The translations under genes and the position numbers were made by a program. The notes under the pieces were generated by a model, which did not search any database, was not told where the DNA came from, and saw only the letters and a program-made list of their open reading frames with translations. From the NCBI GenBank assembly GCA_023213395.1, contig CM041465.1:177141741-177205740 (forward strand): a stretch of 64,000 bases of DNA, written 5' to 3'. This stretch comes from Cycas panzhihuaensis (Eukaryota; Plantae; Cycadophyta). The stretch's first letter is position 1. Each line of letters begins with the position of its first letter. This document shows, piece by piece, positions 12,947 to 25,368 of the stretch.

Positions 12947-15900
12947 TCCCCCCTTAATGTGAATGTGGGGAATCTGCAACGTCGTGGTTGAATTATCACG
13001 GCAAGGACCGTCTGCAGCTTCTTTATCCTTGTTGATACATCCCCCCTCAAGGATAACATCGGTGAGTCCTAATCCGGTACGCATCTTCGTGAATTGGTCT
13101 TCAGTGAAAGGCTTGGTAAATACGTCCGCAAGTTGTAATTCACTCGGACAATAGTCGACCTGCAGTTTTCCTGACTTGATCAGCTCACGAATGTAATGGT
13201 GTTGAACCTCGATATGCTTTGTACGTGCATGAAACTCTGGATTCTTCGACAGACGAATGGTACTCTGATTATCAACAAAGAAAATCGAATGTCCATTGGA
13301 AACGCCAAGAAATTCCAAGAGACCTTGCAACCATACTGCTTCTTTCACACTAGCACTGAGTCCTTGATATTACATACGTAGAAGATAGCGCCATTGTCTG
13401 CTTTGCTTCTTGATCGCCACGAAACAAATCCATTGCCAATACTAAACAGGTATCCAACAGTGGACTTCCAATCATCAGAATCTCCTCCCCAATCAGCATC
13501 CGCGTAACCATACAACCTGATCTTCTCACCTCTACGGTATTCAAGACCAAGATTGCTTGTCCCCTTTAGATATTTCAAAATCCGCTTTGCTGCTACCAAA
13601 TGAGACTCTTGTGGATTCTGCATGTAGCGGGAAACCAATCCAACAGCGTATGCAATATCTGGCTTGGTATGAGTCAAATAAGTAAGACTCCCTACCAACT
13701 GGCGATACTTTGTGCCATCTACAGAAGGTTGGGCCATATCCTTCTGCAATCTTGTGCATTTGACACATGGTGTTGCAACAAGTTTGCAGTACTGCATCCC
13801 AAATCTCTCGAGTAAGTTCTTCACATACTGCGACTGCAACAACACGATCCTATCTTCCATCTGCCTGATCTAAATGCCCAAGAAATAGTGAAGTTTTCCA
13901 AGATCCGTCATGTCAAATGAAGCTCCCAAATTGGATTTGACTTCGACTATAGCCTTGCCACGATTACCGCCAATGATTAGATCATCCATATACATCACGC
14001 AAGCAACTACGGAAGTCCCTCTTCTTTTCACATACAGGTTTGGGTCAAGTTCTGAAATTTCAAAACTTTCAACTTTCAACTTGGCATCCATCTTCTCATA
14101 CCAAGCACGGGGTGCTTGTATCAGGCCATAGATTGATTTCTTCAGATGGCAAATAAGATGCTCCTGGCCATCCTTAATGAATCCCAGAGGCTGCGACATG
14201 TATATCTCCTCCTTTAAATCCCCATTAAGGAATGCGAACTTAACGTCCATCTGGTGTAACTCCCAATCTAATGCATTGCTAAGGAAATGAGTAAGCGAGC
14301 GTTGTCATTCTAGAGACTGGTATAAACGTCTCTTCGTAGTCAATTCCTTCTTTCTGCTTGAATCCCTGCGCAACAAGTCTAGCTTTGTACTTGTCCACCT
14401 CTCCATCGGAGTAGAACTTTGTCTTATAGACCAACTTACATCTAACAAGATTCTTCGACGGAGGTAGTGGAACCAAATCCCATGTATCGTTCTTCATCAA
14501 AGAACCATACTCTTCCTCCATTATAGCTCTCCATTGTGGATCTTCTTTCGCTTCAGCAAATGATTCAGGATCATTGGAGTCATTGGTGTCGACTAGTAGA
14601 GTTCGACTGGTATGCTGACTTCTGGTTCGTCTATCATCAGTAACGGTTTGCATTGCCACACCGGAATCTTCAAGAGTTTTCCTTGCCCATAAAGGTATAG
14701 AAGGACCCATTGCTGGAGGTACTTCTACTTGTGGCGGTTCCTCACTATTACACGTCCCACTTGGTCATGCTTCCTCAGGTGCTACAGCGACTAGCTCATC
14801 GTCCTCTTCGCTTGAAGAATCTGGGAATGGGAGAAGGGAAGGGTAAAAAGGTTTCTCCGATGCTCTTTCAGCATGATACGTCGATGACTCGTCAAATTTA
14901 ACATCCCGACTAACCACAATCTTCTCCCCCTGTGGATTCCATAGTCTGTAGGCTTTGTTTTCCGTGCAATACCCCATAAATATGCACTTCAAACTCTTTC
15001 AATCCAGCTTCTTGCGAGTATCATTAGGGATGTGGGCATACGCTATACACCCAAACGTTCTCAAATGGCTAATGGTAGGCTTCCGACCGGTCCATTTCTC
15101 TTCGGGGGTCATCTTTAAGCGCTGAGTGGGTACCCTGTTCAATATACAAGCAATGATACGCCACGCCCAAAACTTTGGTGGCAGGTTTTTAGCATGCACC
15201 ATACACCTCGCCATCTCCATCATGGTACGGTTCTTTCTTTCAGCAACTCCATTATGTTGTGAGGTATATGGGACTGTAAACTCCCGCTTTATACCATGGT
15301 TGCGGCAGAACTGATTGAATGCATTATTGTCGTATTCCTTACTATTATCACTTCGTAAAGTTTTTATTTTCTTATCACTTTCATTTTCAACCATCGCTTT
15401 CCACTCACGGAAGCGATCAAATACGTCTAACTTGTTCTTGAGAAAATAAACCCAGGCTTTCCTGGTGTCCACAAACACAAGCGTATATCGGGCTTCTGAT
15501 ATCGAAGGATTTGGGAGTGGTCCCATAATGTCTGAGTGTACAAGCTCCAGCTTCTCTTTGGCTCTCCAGGTGTTATCCCGAGCAAAAGGATAGCGATGAT
15601 GCTTGCCATACATGCATCCTTCGCATACACCATCCGAGCAGGTAACCGACGGCAGTCCTTCCACCATCTTCAACCTCTTCAATAGTGTAATAATCCTGTA
15701 ATTAAGGTGCCCAAGGCGATTGTGCCACAGTTTACTTTCGTCATCCGCACTGGCAACAAAAGCATAGGACTTCTTCTCAGATTGAAACTTTTCAAACACC
15801 TAGAAGTTGTCCCTGACTTTCCCGGTAGCTATGATAGCAAAGTTTTGTTTTGAGTCCTTTATCAGGCAGTTATCATCACAGAGCTCCACTTTCATACCTT

Positions 15901-16987
15901 GTTTGCAGATCTCCCAAGCAGACAAAAGATTTAGCTGCATCTTGGGTACATAATATACCCTGGAAAACTTTCCTTCTGTAATGGAAACATCACCGATACC
16001 ATCTATCGACAACACGCGAGCATCTCCAAGAATGATCTCAGCACCACTTTGATTTGCATTCAACGTATCAAAGTTCCGCCTCTGGTAAGAGATGTACTTC
16101 TGCGCTCCAAAATCCAATACCCAATAGTCTCTCCGATCTGATTCCGCTGACAAGGTCTGCGCTCGGACGCAATAAGTAGCAACACTCTTTCCTTTATCAT
16201 CCTGGTTACCTTTGCGCTTGTCACAACGTTTGAACCAACAGTTCTTCTCGCGGTGACCATCCTTCTTGCAGTAATTGCACTTTCTATTAAACTTCTTCTT
16301 GTCTTGAGAGCTTTCTCCAGACCTTTGTGTGATCTTCTCCTCCTTAGGGGCCTCCCTCCTCTGAGTTTTCATAGCTAAGGCCTGACCTGAACCAAAACCT
16401 CCAAGCAAACCATGATGTTTAAGCTTGGCATCCTCCGCTAGAATTAGGTTTTTGAACCCGTCAAAAGTTTCTGCCTCCATCACTTCGTCTCTACCATAAA
16501 TGGTCTAGAATGTGGCGAACACAGCTGGCAGCTTCGACATGATTATCGCAAACAAGAGCGCATCATCGATCGAGTTCTACTTTAACTCTTCTAGCTTGTT
16601 CTTCAAGTCAGTTATCTTATTCAGGTAGGAGTTGATATTGTTCTCATCTTCGACTTTTGAATTGAGTAGTTCCAACATCAGAGCAAGACGTCTATTCGTC
16701 TTCTTCTTCTCAAATGTATCACACAACTTCGTCCAAATCTTGGCTGGGTCATCTAGATTATGAACTAGAGCCCTCTGGTCCGACGCCAGTGAGAGTTTCA
16801 GTAATCCAACGGCCATATATTGCTTCACTTCAAGTTTGATACGCTCCTTATGGTCAAGTGGAACTAAATCAAACTTCGCCTTGGTAATTCCCCAGAGTTG
16901 GTTCACCATCAAAATAAGCTCCATATTGGTCTTCCATTCGCTAAAATTGTTACCGTTAAAGATAACCTTAGGCATAAGTTTCTCCAT
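12947..16987 (-). pseudogene. Copia gag-PR-INT-RT-RH polyprotein, copy 2 (disrupted)
   Basis: Gag start MEKLMPKVIFNGNNFSEWK, zinc knuckle CNYCKKDGHREKNC, protease WVLDFGA, GAG-pre-integrase LWHNRLGH, integrase VHSDIMGP/LRSDN/GVAERKNR, then RT and RH. In-frame stops and frameshifts. Confidence 0.95.
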
Positions 16988-17408
16988 CTCGAATATCTAA
17001 CTACAATATGAAGTACACGACACTAAACGGACGTATTAAGGACGAAAATGCACCCTTTTGACCTCCTCTGCTTCACGAGCATGCTTCCAAAGGATCCCAA
17101 CACGAATTATACCCACGTTACTTGAACCGCTGACTGTTTTTCTCCCCTTATCCATTAACTAACGGCCTTAAATAGTCATTAAATGTCACACCCAACACTA
17201 AAAATGACTAAAAAACAAGAGCTTCAATACAAAAACGGCTCTACATAAGGACGATGCACGGTCTCCAAGCCAAAAATTCACAAAAACACGTCTTGAGATG
17301 CACTCAAACTGGCTCAAAATGCTTCAAATAGATACCAAGTTCTTCATACTATATAAAACACCATATGATAATGATACAAAGGGTCACTTTTTATATTTTA
17401 ACTTTGAG

Positions 17409-17434
17409 GGGAATATGCCAAAAGGCATATTCCC
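17409..17434. other. Perfect 11-bp-stem hairpin in the copia 5' leader (second copy 23360-23385)
   Basis: GGGAATATGCC-AAAA-GGCATATTCCC, extendable by TTTG/CAAA. Confidence 0.85.
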
Positions 17435-18543
17435 AACAAATGCGACTTTTAGAAGGGGGACCTCCGTCTCTCACTAAACCCACGTGGTTTTAATTTATCC
17501 AAAAGTCATACACGACTTAGGACTTAGAGATATGTGCGACCCTTGGTATCTCCTCACTCTTTGGAGATCTACTTGAGTCAACTTCACCACGGACGACCCG
17601 CGTGCCTGCTATCCTCTTCCGGACGGACGGACCTCGTCAACGGCTCATGGAACAGTCATCTACTAGTCAACAACGGAACCCAATCAGAGCGAGACGCTGC
17701 CCAGCCACGTGGAGAAGCGCCCAGCCAAGGAGAGAGACGTACAGCCACGCAGCAGTTCAGAGCCCAGCCAGGGAGAGAAACGCACGGCCACTTAGAGAAG
17801 CACCCAACACACTTCAAACACGCCCAACACACAAAAAAGGCGCCCAGCCAATATACTGAGAGTTCTACGCTGTTTCAAAATAGTCCTACCAGCTCTAGAA
17901 TGGTCTAGTCAACACAATAAGAGCTTCAACTTTTTATTTTGAAACTGTACAGTACCTTATTGCTGTACACAAGTCTTTAGACAGCCCTCAAAAGCTTCAA
18001 CAAAGAACGTTTGACACAAAGATGTGAGCCCAGAATGTGCAAACAACTGTATTACCAAGTCATATACCCAACCAAAAAAGTACTACAACTTCACAGACCA
18101 CATATGGCGATTTTATACTGACACATGCTCAGTCTCAACTTCGTTTATGGGCAGAAAACATTCCATAAAGGCTCCAATCTCTCCCATATACAGGCTGAAA
18201 AAACCAGAAACGGCCTTGTTTCTTCGAGTTTTATAGAGCTTTGGATGGAATATGACTGACTTACTTGTGTAGAAAGATGGTTGTCCTTATCGTCGTTGAG
18301 TCACCAACAGAACGTGTTCTGCACGCCTGAATATTGACTCCAATAACCCTTACACTTTGTCGAATAGTGATCTCCACTGCTCCAACAACCACTGATTTTC
18401 TATGTCTGCTTCTGCACGATGCTGGAGTTGTTGGACCCTCAAGATTCGTCTTGGGTCATATGGCATCACCCGGCAACCAACGATCTAATCTCTCCGCTCA
18501 CCGTCAAGCTTCAGCTGTGCAGGACTCTACTGATCTGATACCA

Positions 18544-18901
18544 TGTTCGAGAACATGAAATCATACACAGATGTTCTCAACCGCAGAATCTTTAACCATA
18601 CACAGCAAGCAACAAATTGAAAATACAGAAAACAGATGCACAGAACACAGGATATATGTGGGAAACCCTTTCGAGAAAAAACCCACCACAAAAGGATCCT
18701 CAAGGGATCATTAATTATTACACAATGAACTTGAATGATCGAATACACAAGGCCTCAAGGCATATATACTCTCCAAGAGGTGTCACCCGTTTAGGGTTGT
18801 GACCCTCCGAATAAATCGCACATTTTCGCTCACACATTTTCACATAATTAAACCACATTAACATTAATTAAGTGGCTTAATAATTAACTGCCACGCTAAC
18901 A
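18544..18901 (-). repeat. Copia LTR-C (shared middle LTR)
   Basis: Has a PBS (CTGATACCA, 18535-18543) on one side and a PPT (18902-18912) on the other. Confidence 0.95.
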
Positions 18902-21900
18902 TCCCCCCTTAATGTGAATGTGGGGAATGCAACGTCGTTGCTTGAATTATCACGAAGGTGGACCGTCTGCGGCTTCTTTATCCTTGTTGATACATCCCCC
19001 CTCAAGGATAACATCGGTGAGTCCTAATCCGGTACGCATCTTCGTGAATTGGTCTTCACTGAAAGGCTTGGTAAATATGTCCGCAAGTTGTAATTCACTC
19101 GGACAATAGTCGACCTGCAGTTTTCCTGACTTGATCAGCTCACGAATGTAATGGTGTTGAACCTCGATATGCTTTGTACGTGCATGAAACTCTGGATTCT
19201 TCGACAGACGAATGGTACTCTGATTATCAACAAGGAAAATCGGATGTCCATTGGAAACGCCAAGAAATTCCAAGAGACCTTGCAACCATACTGCTTCTTT
19301 CACACTAGCACTGAGTCCTTGATATTCTGCTTCTATAGAAGATAGTGCCATTGTCTGCTGCTTCTTCGACTGCCACGAAACAAATCCATTGCCAATACTA
19401 AACAGGTATCCAACAGTGGACTTCCAATCATCAGAATCTCCTCCCCAATCAGCATCCGCGTAACCATACAACCTGATCTTCTCACCTCTACGGTATTCAA
19501 GTCCAAGATTGCTTGTCCCATTTAGATATTTCAAAATCCGCTTTGCTGCTACCAAATGAGACTCTTGTGGATTCTGCATGTAGCAGGAAACCAATCCAAC
19601 AGCGTATGCAATATCTGGCCTGGTATGAGTCAAATAAGTAAGACTCCCTACCAACTGGCGATACTTTGTGCCATCTACAGAAGGTTGGGCCATATCCTTC
19701 TGCAATCTTGCGCCTTTGACACATGGTATTGCAACAAGTTTGCAGTACTGCATCCCAAATCTCTCGAGTAAGTTCTTCACATACTGCGACTGCAACAACA
19801 CGATCCTATCTTCCATCTGCCTGATCTAAATGCCCAAGAAATAGTGAAGTTTTCCAAGATCCGTCATGTCAAATGAAGCTCCCAAATTGGATTTGACTTC
19901 GACTATAGCCTTGCCACGATTACCGCCAATGATTAGATCATCCACATACATCACGCAAGCAACTACGGAAGTCCCTCTTCTTTTCACATACAGGTTTGGG
20001 TCAAGTTCTGAAATTTCAAAACTTTCAACTTTCAACTTGGCATCCATCTTCTCATACCAAGCACGGGGTGCTTGTTTCAGGCCATAGATTGATTTCTTCA
20101 GATGGCAAATAAGATGCTCCTGGCCATCCTTAATGAATCCCAGAGGCTGCGACATGTATATCTCCTCCTTTAAATCCCCATTAAGGAATGCGAACTTAAC
20201 GTCCATCTGGTGTAACTCCCAATCTAATGCAGCTGCTAAGGAAATGAGTAAGCGAACCGTTGTCATTCTAGAGACTGGTACAAACGTCTCTTCGTAGTCA
20301 ATTCCTTCTTTCTGCTTGAATCCCTGCGCAACAAGTCTAGCTTTGTACTTGTCCACCTCTCCATCGGAGTAGAACTTTGTCTTATAGACCAACTTGCATC
20401 CAACAAGATTCTTCGACGGAGGTAGTGGAACCAAATCCCATGTATCGTTCTTCATCAAAGAACCATACTCTTCCTCCATTACAGCTCTCCATTGTGGATC
20501 TTCTTTCGCTTCAGCAAATGATTCAGGATCACTGGAGTAATTGGTGTCGACTAGTAGAGTTTGACTGGCATGCTGACTTCTGGTTCGTCTATCATCAGTA
20601 ACGGTTTGCATTGCCACACCGGAATCTTCAAGAGTTTTCCTTGCTCATAAAGGTATAGAAGGACCCGTTGCTGGAGGTACTTCTACTTGTGACGGTTCCT
20701 CACTATTACACATCCCACTTGGTCCTGCTTCCTCAAGTGCTACAGCGACTAGCTCATCGTCCTCTTCGCTTGAAGAATCTGGGAATGGGAGAAGGGAAGG
20801 GTAAAAAGGTTTCTCCGATGCTCTTTCAGCATGATACGTCGATGACTCGTCAAATTTAACATCCCGACTAACCACAATCTTCTCCCCCTGTGGATTCCAT
20901 AGTCTGTAGGCTTTGTTTTCCGTGCAATACCCCATAAATATGCACTTCAAACTCTTTCGATCCAGCTTCTTGCGGGTATCATTAGGGATGTGGGCGTACG
21001 CTATACACCCAAACGTTCTCAAATGGCTAATGGTAGGCTTCCGATCGGTCCATTTCTCTTGAGGTCATCTTTGAGCTGCTGAGTGGGTACCCTGTTCAAT
21101 ATACAAGCAATGATCGCCGACACGCCCAAAACTTTGGTGGCAGGTTTTTAGCATGCACCATACACCTCGCCATCTCCATCATGGTACAGTTCTTTCTTTC
21201 AGCAACTCCATTCTGTTGTGAGGTATATGGGACTGTAAACTCCCGCTTTATACCATGGTTGCGGCAGAACTGATTGAATGCATTATTGTCGTATTCCTTA
21301 CTATTATCACTTCGTAAAGTTTTTATTTTCTTATCACTTTCATTTTCAACCATCGCTTTCCACTCACTAAGCGATCAAATACGTCTAACTTGTTCTTGAG
21401 AAAATAAACCCAGGCTTTCCTGGTGTCCACAAACACAAGCGTATATCGGGCTTCTGATATCGAAGGATTTGGGAGTGGTCCCATAATGTCTGAGTGTACA
21501 AGCTCCAGCTTCTCTTTGGCTCTCCAGGTGTTATCCCGAGCAAAAGGATAGCGATGATGCTTGCCATACATGCATCCTTCGCATACACCATCCGAAGCGG
21601 TGTAGGCGGCAGTCCTTCCACCATCTTCAACCTCTTCAATAGTGTAATAATCCTGTAATTAAGGTGCTCAAGGCGATTGTGCCACAGTTTACTTTCGTCA
21701 TCTGCACTGGCAACAAAAGCATAGGACTTCTTCTCAGATTGAAACTTTTCAAACACCTAGAAGTTGTCCCTGACTTTCCCGGTAGCTATGATAGCAAAGT
21801 TTTGTTTTGAGTCCTTTATCAGGCACTTATCATCACAGAGCTCCACTTTCATACCTTGTTTGCAGATCTCCCAAGCAGACAAAAGATTTAGCTGCATCTT

Positions 21901-22942
21901 GGGTACATAATATACCCTGGAAAACTTTCCTCCTGTAATGGAAACATCACCGATACCATCTATCGACAACACGCGAACATCTCCAAGAATAATCTCAGCA
22001 CCACTTTGATTTGCATTCAACGTATCAAAGTTCCGCCTCTGGTAAGAGATGTACTTCTGCGCTCCAGAATCCAATACCCAATAGTCTCTCCGATCTGATT
22101 CGGCTGACAAGGTCTGCGCTCGGACGCAATAAGTAGCAACACTCTTTCCTTTATCATCCTGGTTACCTTTGCGCTTGTCACAACGTTTGAACCAACAGTT
22201 CTTCTCGCGGTGACCATCCTTCTTGCAGTAATTGCACTTTCTATTAAACTTCTTCTTGTCTTGAGAGCTTTCTCCAGACCTTTGTGTGATCTTCTCCTCC
22301 TTAGGGGCCTCCCTCCTCTGAGTTTTCATAGCTAAGGCCTGACTTGAACCAAAACCTCCAAGCAAACCATGATGTTTAAGCTTGGCATTCTCCGCTAGAA
22401 TTAGGTTTTTGAACCTGTCAAAAGTTTCTGCCTCCATCACTTCGTCTCTACCATAAATGGTCTAGAATGTGGCGAACACAGCTAGCAGCTTCGACATGAT
22501 TATCGCAAACAAGAGCGCATCATCGATCAAGTTCTACTTTAACTCTTCTAGCTTGTTCTTCAAGTCGGTTATCTTATTCAGGTAGGAGTTGATATTGTTC
22601 TCATCTTCGACTTTTGAATTGAGTAGTTCCAACATCAGAGCAAGACGTCTATTCGTCTTCTTCTTCTCAAATGTATCACACAACTTCGTCCAAATCTTGG
22701 CTGGGTCATCTAGATTATGAACTAGAGCCCTGCAGTCGGCCTTGATGAGAGTTTCAGTAATCCAACGGCCATATATTGCTTCACTTCAAGTTTGATACGC
22801 TCCTTATGGTCAAGTGGAACTAAATCAAGCTTCGCCTTGGTAATTCCCCAGAGTTGGTTCACCATCAAAATAAGCTCCATATTGGTCTTCCATTCGCTAA
22901 AATTGTTCTGCTAAAGATAACCTTAGGCATAAGTTTCTCCAT
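18902..22942 (-). pseudogene. Copia gag-PR-INT-RT-RH polyprotein, copy 3 (disrupted)
   Basis: Same domains as copy 2 (WVLDSGA, YVDD). Shares four TAG stops with copy 2. Confidence 0.95.
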
Positions 22943-24489
22943 CTCGAATATCGACTACAATATGAAGTACACGACACTAAGCGGACGTGTGGGGCGAAAA
23001 TGCACCCTTTTGACCTCCTCTGCTTCACGAGCACGCTTCCAAAGGATCCCAACACGAATTATACCCACGTTACATGAACCGCTGACTGTTTTTCTCCCCT
23101 TATCCATTAACTACTACCTTAAATAGTCATTAAATGTCACACCCAAAGACTAAAATGACTAAAAAACAAGAGCTTCAATACAAAAACGGCTCTACATAAG
23201 GACGATGCACGGTCTCCAAGCCAAAAATTCACAAAAACACGTCTTGAGATGCACTCAAACTGGCTCAAAATGCTTCAAATAGATACCAAGTTCTTCATAC
23301 TATATAAAACACCATATGATAATGATACAAAGGGTCACTTTTTATATTTTAACTTTGAGGGGAATATGCCAAAAGGCATATTCCCAACAAATGCGACTTT
23401 TAGAAGGGGGACCTCCGTCTCTCACTAAACCCACGTGGTTTTAATTTATCCAAAAGTCATACACGACTTAGGACTTAGAGATATGTGCGACCCTTGGTAT
23501 CTCCTCACTCTTTGGAGATCTACGGCAGCCGCAACTTCACCACGGACGACCCGCATGCCTGCTATCCTCTTCTGGACGGACGGACCTCGTCAACGGCTCA
23601 TGGAACAGTCATCTACTAGTCAACAGTCAGCAACCCAATCAGAGAGAGACGCTGCCCAGCCACGTGGAGAAGCACCCAGCCAAGGAGAGAGACGTCTGAC
23701 CACGCGGCCGGTTGAGCCCGGCCGAGAGAAAGCATACGGCCACTTAGAGAAGCACCCAACACACTTCAAACACGCCCAACACACAAAAAAGGCGCCCAGC
23801 CAATATACTGAGAGTTCTACGCTGTTTCAAAATAGTCCTACCAGCTCTAGAATGGTCTAGTCAACACAATAAGAGCTTCAACTTTTTATTTTAAAAGCAG
23901 ACGATTACCTTATTCTTTGTACACAAGTCTTTAGACCCTCAAAAGCTTGACCCAAAGCGTTTGACACAAAGATGTGAGCCCAGAATGTGCAAACAACTGT
24001 ATTACCAAGTCATATCCCCAACCAAAAAAGTACTACGACTCCACAGACCACATATGGCGATTTTATACTGACACATGCTCAGTCTCAACTTCGTTTATGG
24101 GCAAAAAACATTCCATAAAGGCTCCAATCTCTCCCATATACAGGCTGAAAAAACCAGAAAAGGCCTTGTTTCTTCGAGTTTTATAGAGCTTTGGATGGAA
24201 TATGACTGACTTACTTGTGTAGAAAGATGGTTGTCCTTATCGTCGTTGAGTCACCAACAGAACGTGTTCTGCACGCCTGAATATTGACTCCAATAACCCT
24301 TACACTTTGTCGAATAGTGATCTCCACTGCTCCAACAACCACTGATTTTCTATGTCTGCTTCTGCACGATGTTGGAGTTGTTGGACCCTCAAGATTCGTC
24401 TTGGGTCAGACGGCATCACCCGGCAACCAACGATCTAATCTCTCCACACCGGCCAAGCTTCACCGTGGCAGACCCATCGCTCGATACCA

Positions 24490-24849
24490 TGTTCGAGAAC
24501 ATGAAATCATACACAGATGTTCTCAACCGCAGAATCTTTAACCATACACAGCAAGCAATAAATTGAAAATACAGAAAACAGATGCACAGAACACAGGATA
24601 TATGTGGGAAACCCTTTCGAGAAAAAACCCACCACAAAAGGATCCTCAAGGGATCATTAATTATTATACAATGAACTTGAATGATCGAATACACAAGGCC
24701 TCAAGGCATATATATACTCTCCAAGAGGTGTCACCCGTTTAGGGTTGTGACCCTCCAAATAAATCGCACCTTTTCGCTCACACCTTTTCACATAATTAAT
24801 CCACATTAACATTAATTAAGTAGCTTAATAATTAACTGCCACGCTAACA
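24490..24849 (-). repeat. Copia LTR-D (5' LTR, 360 bp)
   Basis: Preceded by PBS-like GCTCGATACCA. Carries one extra TA relative to the other copies. Confidence 0.95.
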
Positions 24850-25368
24850 CCTGTAACCACTTTCACAGCTAACATCAACTTATTCTAACATTTAATCAAT
24901 CACTCTTTATGAGCTTCCTTCAACACTATACGTGCATAGGCCTCTAGACCCTATTATGTGAATAGCATCGCCAAAGTTGTCAAACTCTTTTAAATGACCA
25001 CCAAAATAAACTAATTTAACTATCCTTACAGTAACAACATTAGTCAATTATTCAAAACTCACCTCATAAGCTTTAGCACTAAAAAAATCTCACATCCCAA
25101 GTTTGAGAACTGCGATCTCAAGGAGCACGAATATGGTTGCTTCTTAGACCTACTCTGATACCATGTAGGGTAAATGAATGCACACACTCGACGAAGAATT
25201 TGAGAAAAAACTCAAATAACCAACTTCTTTATTGAATGGTCAGATGTAAACATATGTAACTCATGGTTCATGGTTGTTATACAATCACCTAACTACCCAC
25301 TAAATACTCATTAATTAAAATTCCTAATGACTCTTTCATTAAATTAAACATCATCTTCCAACAAATGG

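Larger units (their letters stand above)
10633..24849 (-). mobile_element. Tandem array of a Ty1/copia element: LTR-D, internal, LTR-C, internal, truncated LTR-B, partial internal, LTR-A
   Basis: Four LTR copies and two full ~5.6-kb internal regions (unit 5946 bp), plus a 1956-bp extra duplication. One flanking TSD, CCTAT (10628-10632) / CCTGT (24850-24854). Confidence 0.95.
7836..25363 (-). mobile_element. Non-autonomous copia-type LTR element (~3.3 kb without the nested array) carrying captured host gene fragments
   Basis: LTRs at 7836-8044 and 25164-25363 (TGTAGG..AAATGCACA.ACTCGAC.AAGAATTTG...ATCTTC..ACA). Perfect TSD AATGG (7831-7835, 25364-25368). tRNA-Met PBS ACTCTGATACCA at 25152-25163. 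PPT CCCCCTAT at 8045-8052. No gag/pol recognisable in its own internal sequence. Confidence 0.9.

Noticed and set aside
15800-15802. Programmed TAG readthrough, or U-to-C editing rescuing the shared stops
   Set aside because: The stops fall mid-gag and mid-RT, lack a CARYYA context and fit CHG deamination. U-to-C editing is organellar.
17534-17908. Antisense 124-aa ORF in the copia leader (141 aa in copy 3)
   Set aside because: GTG start, reading frames differ between the copies, and no recognisable domain.
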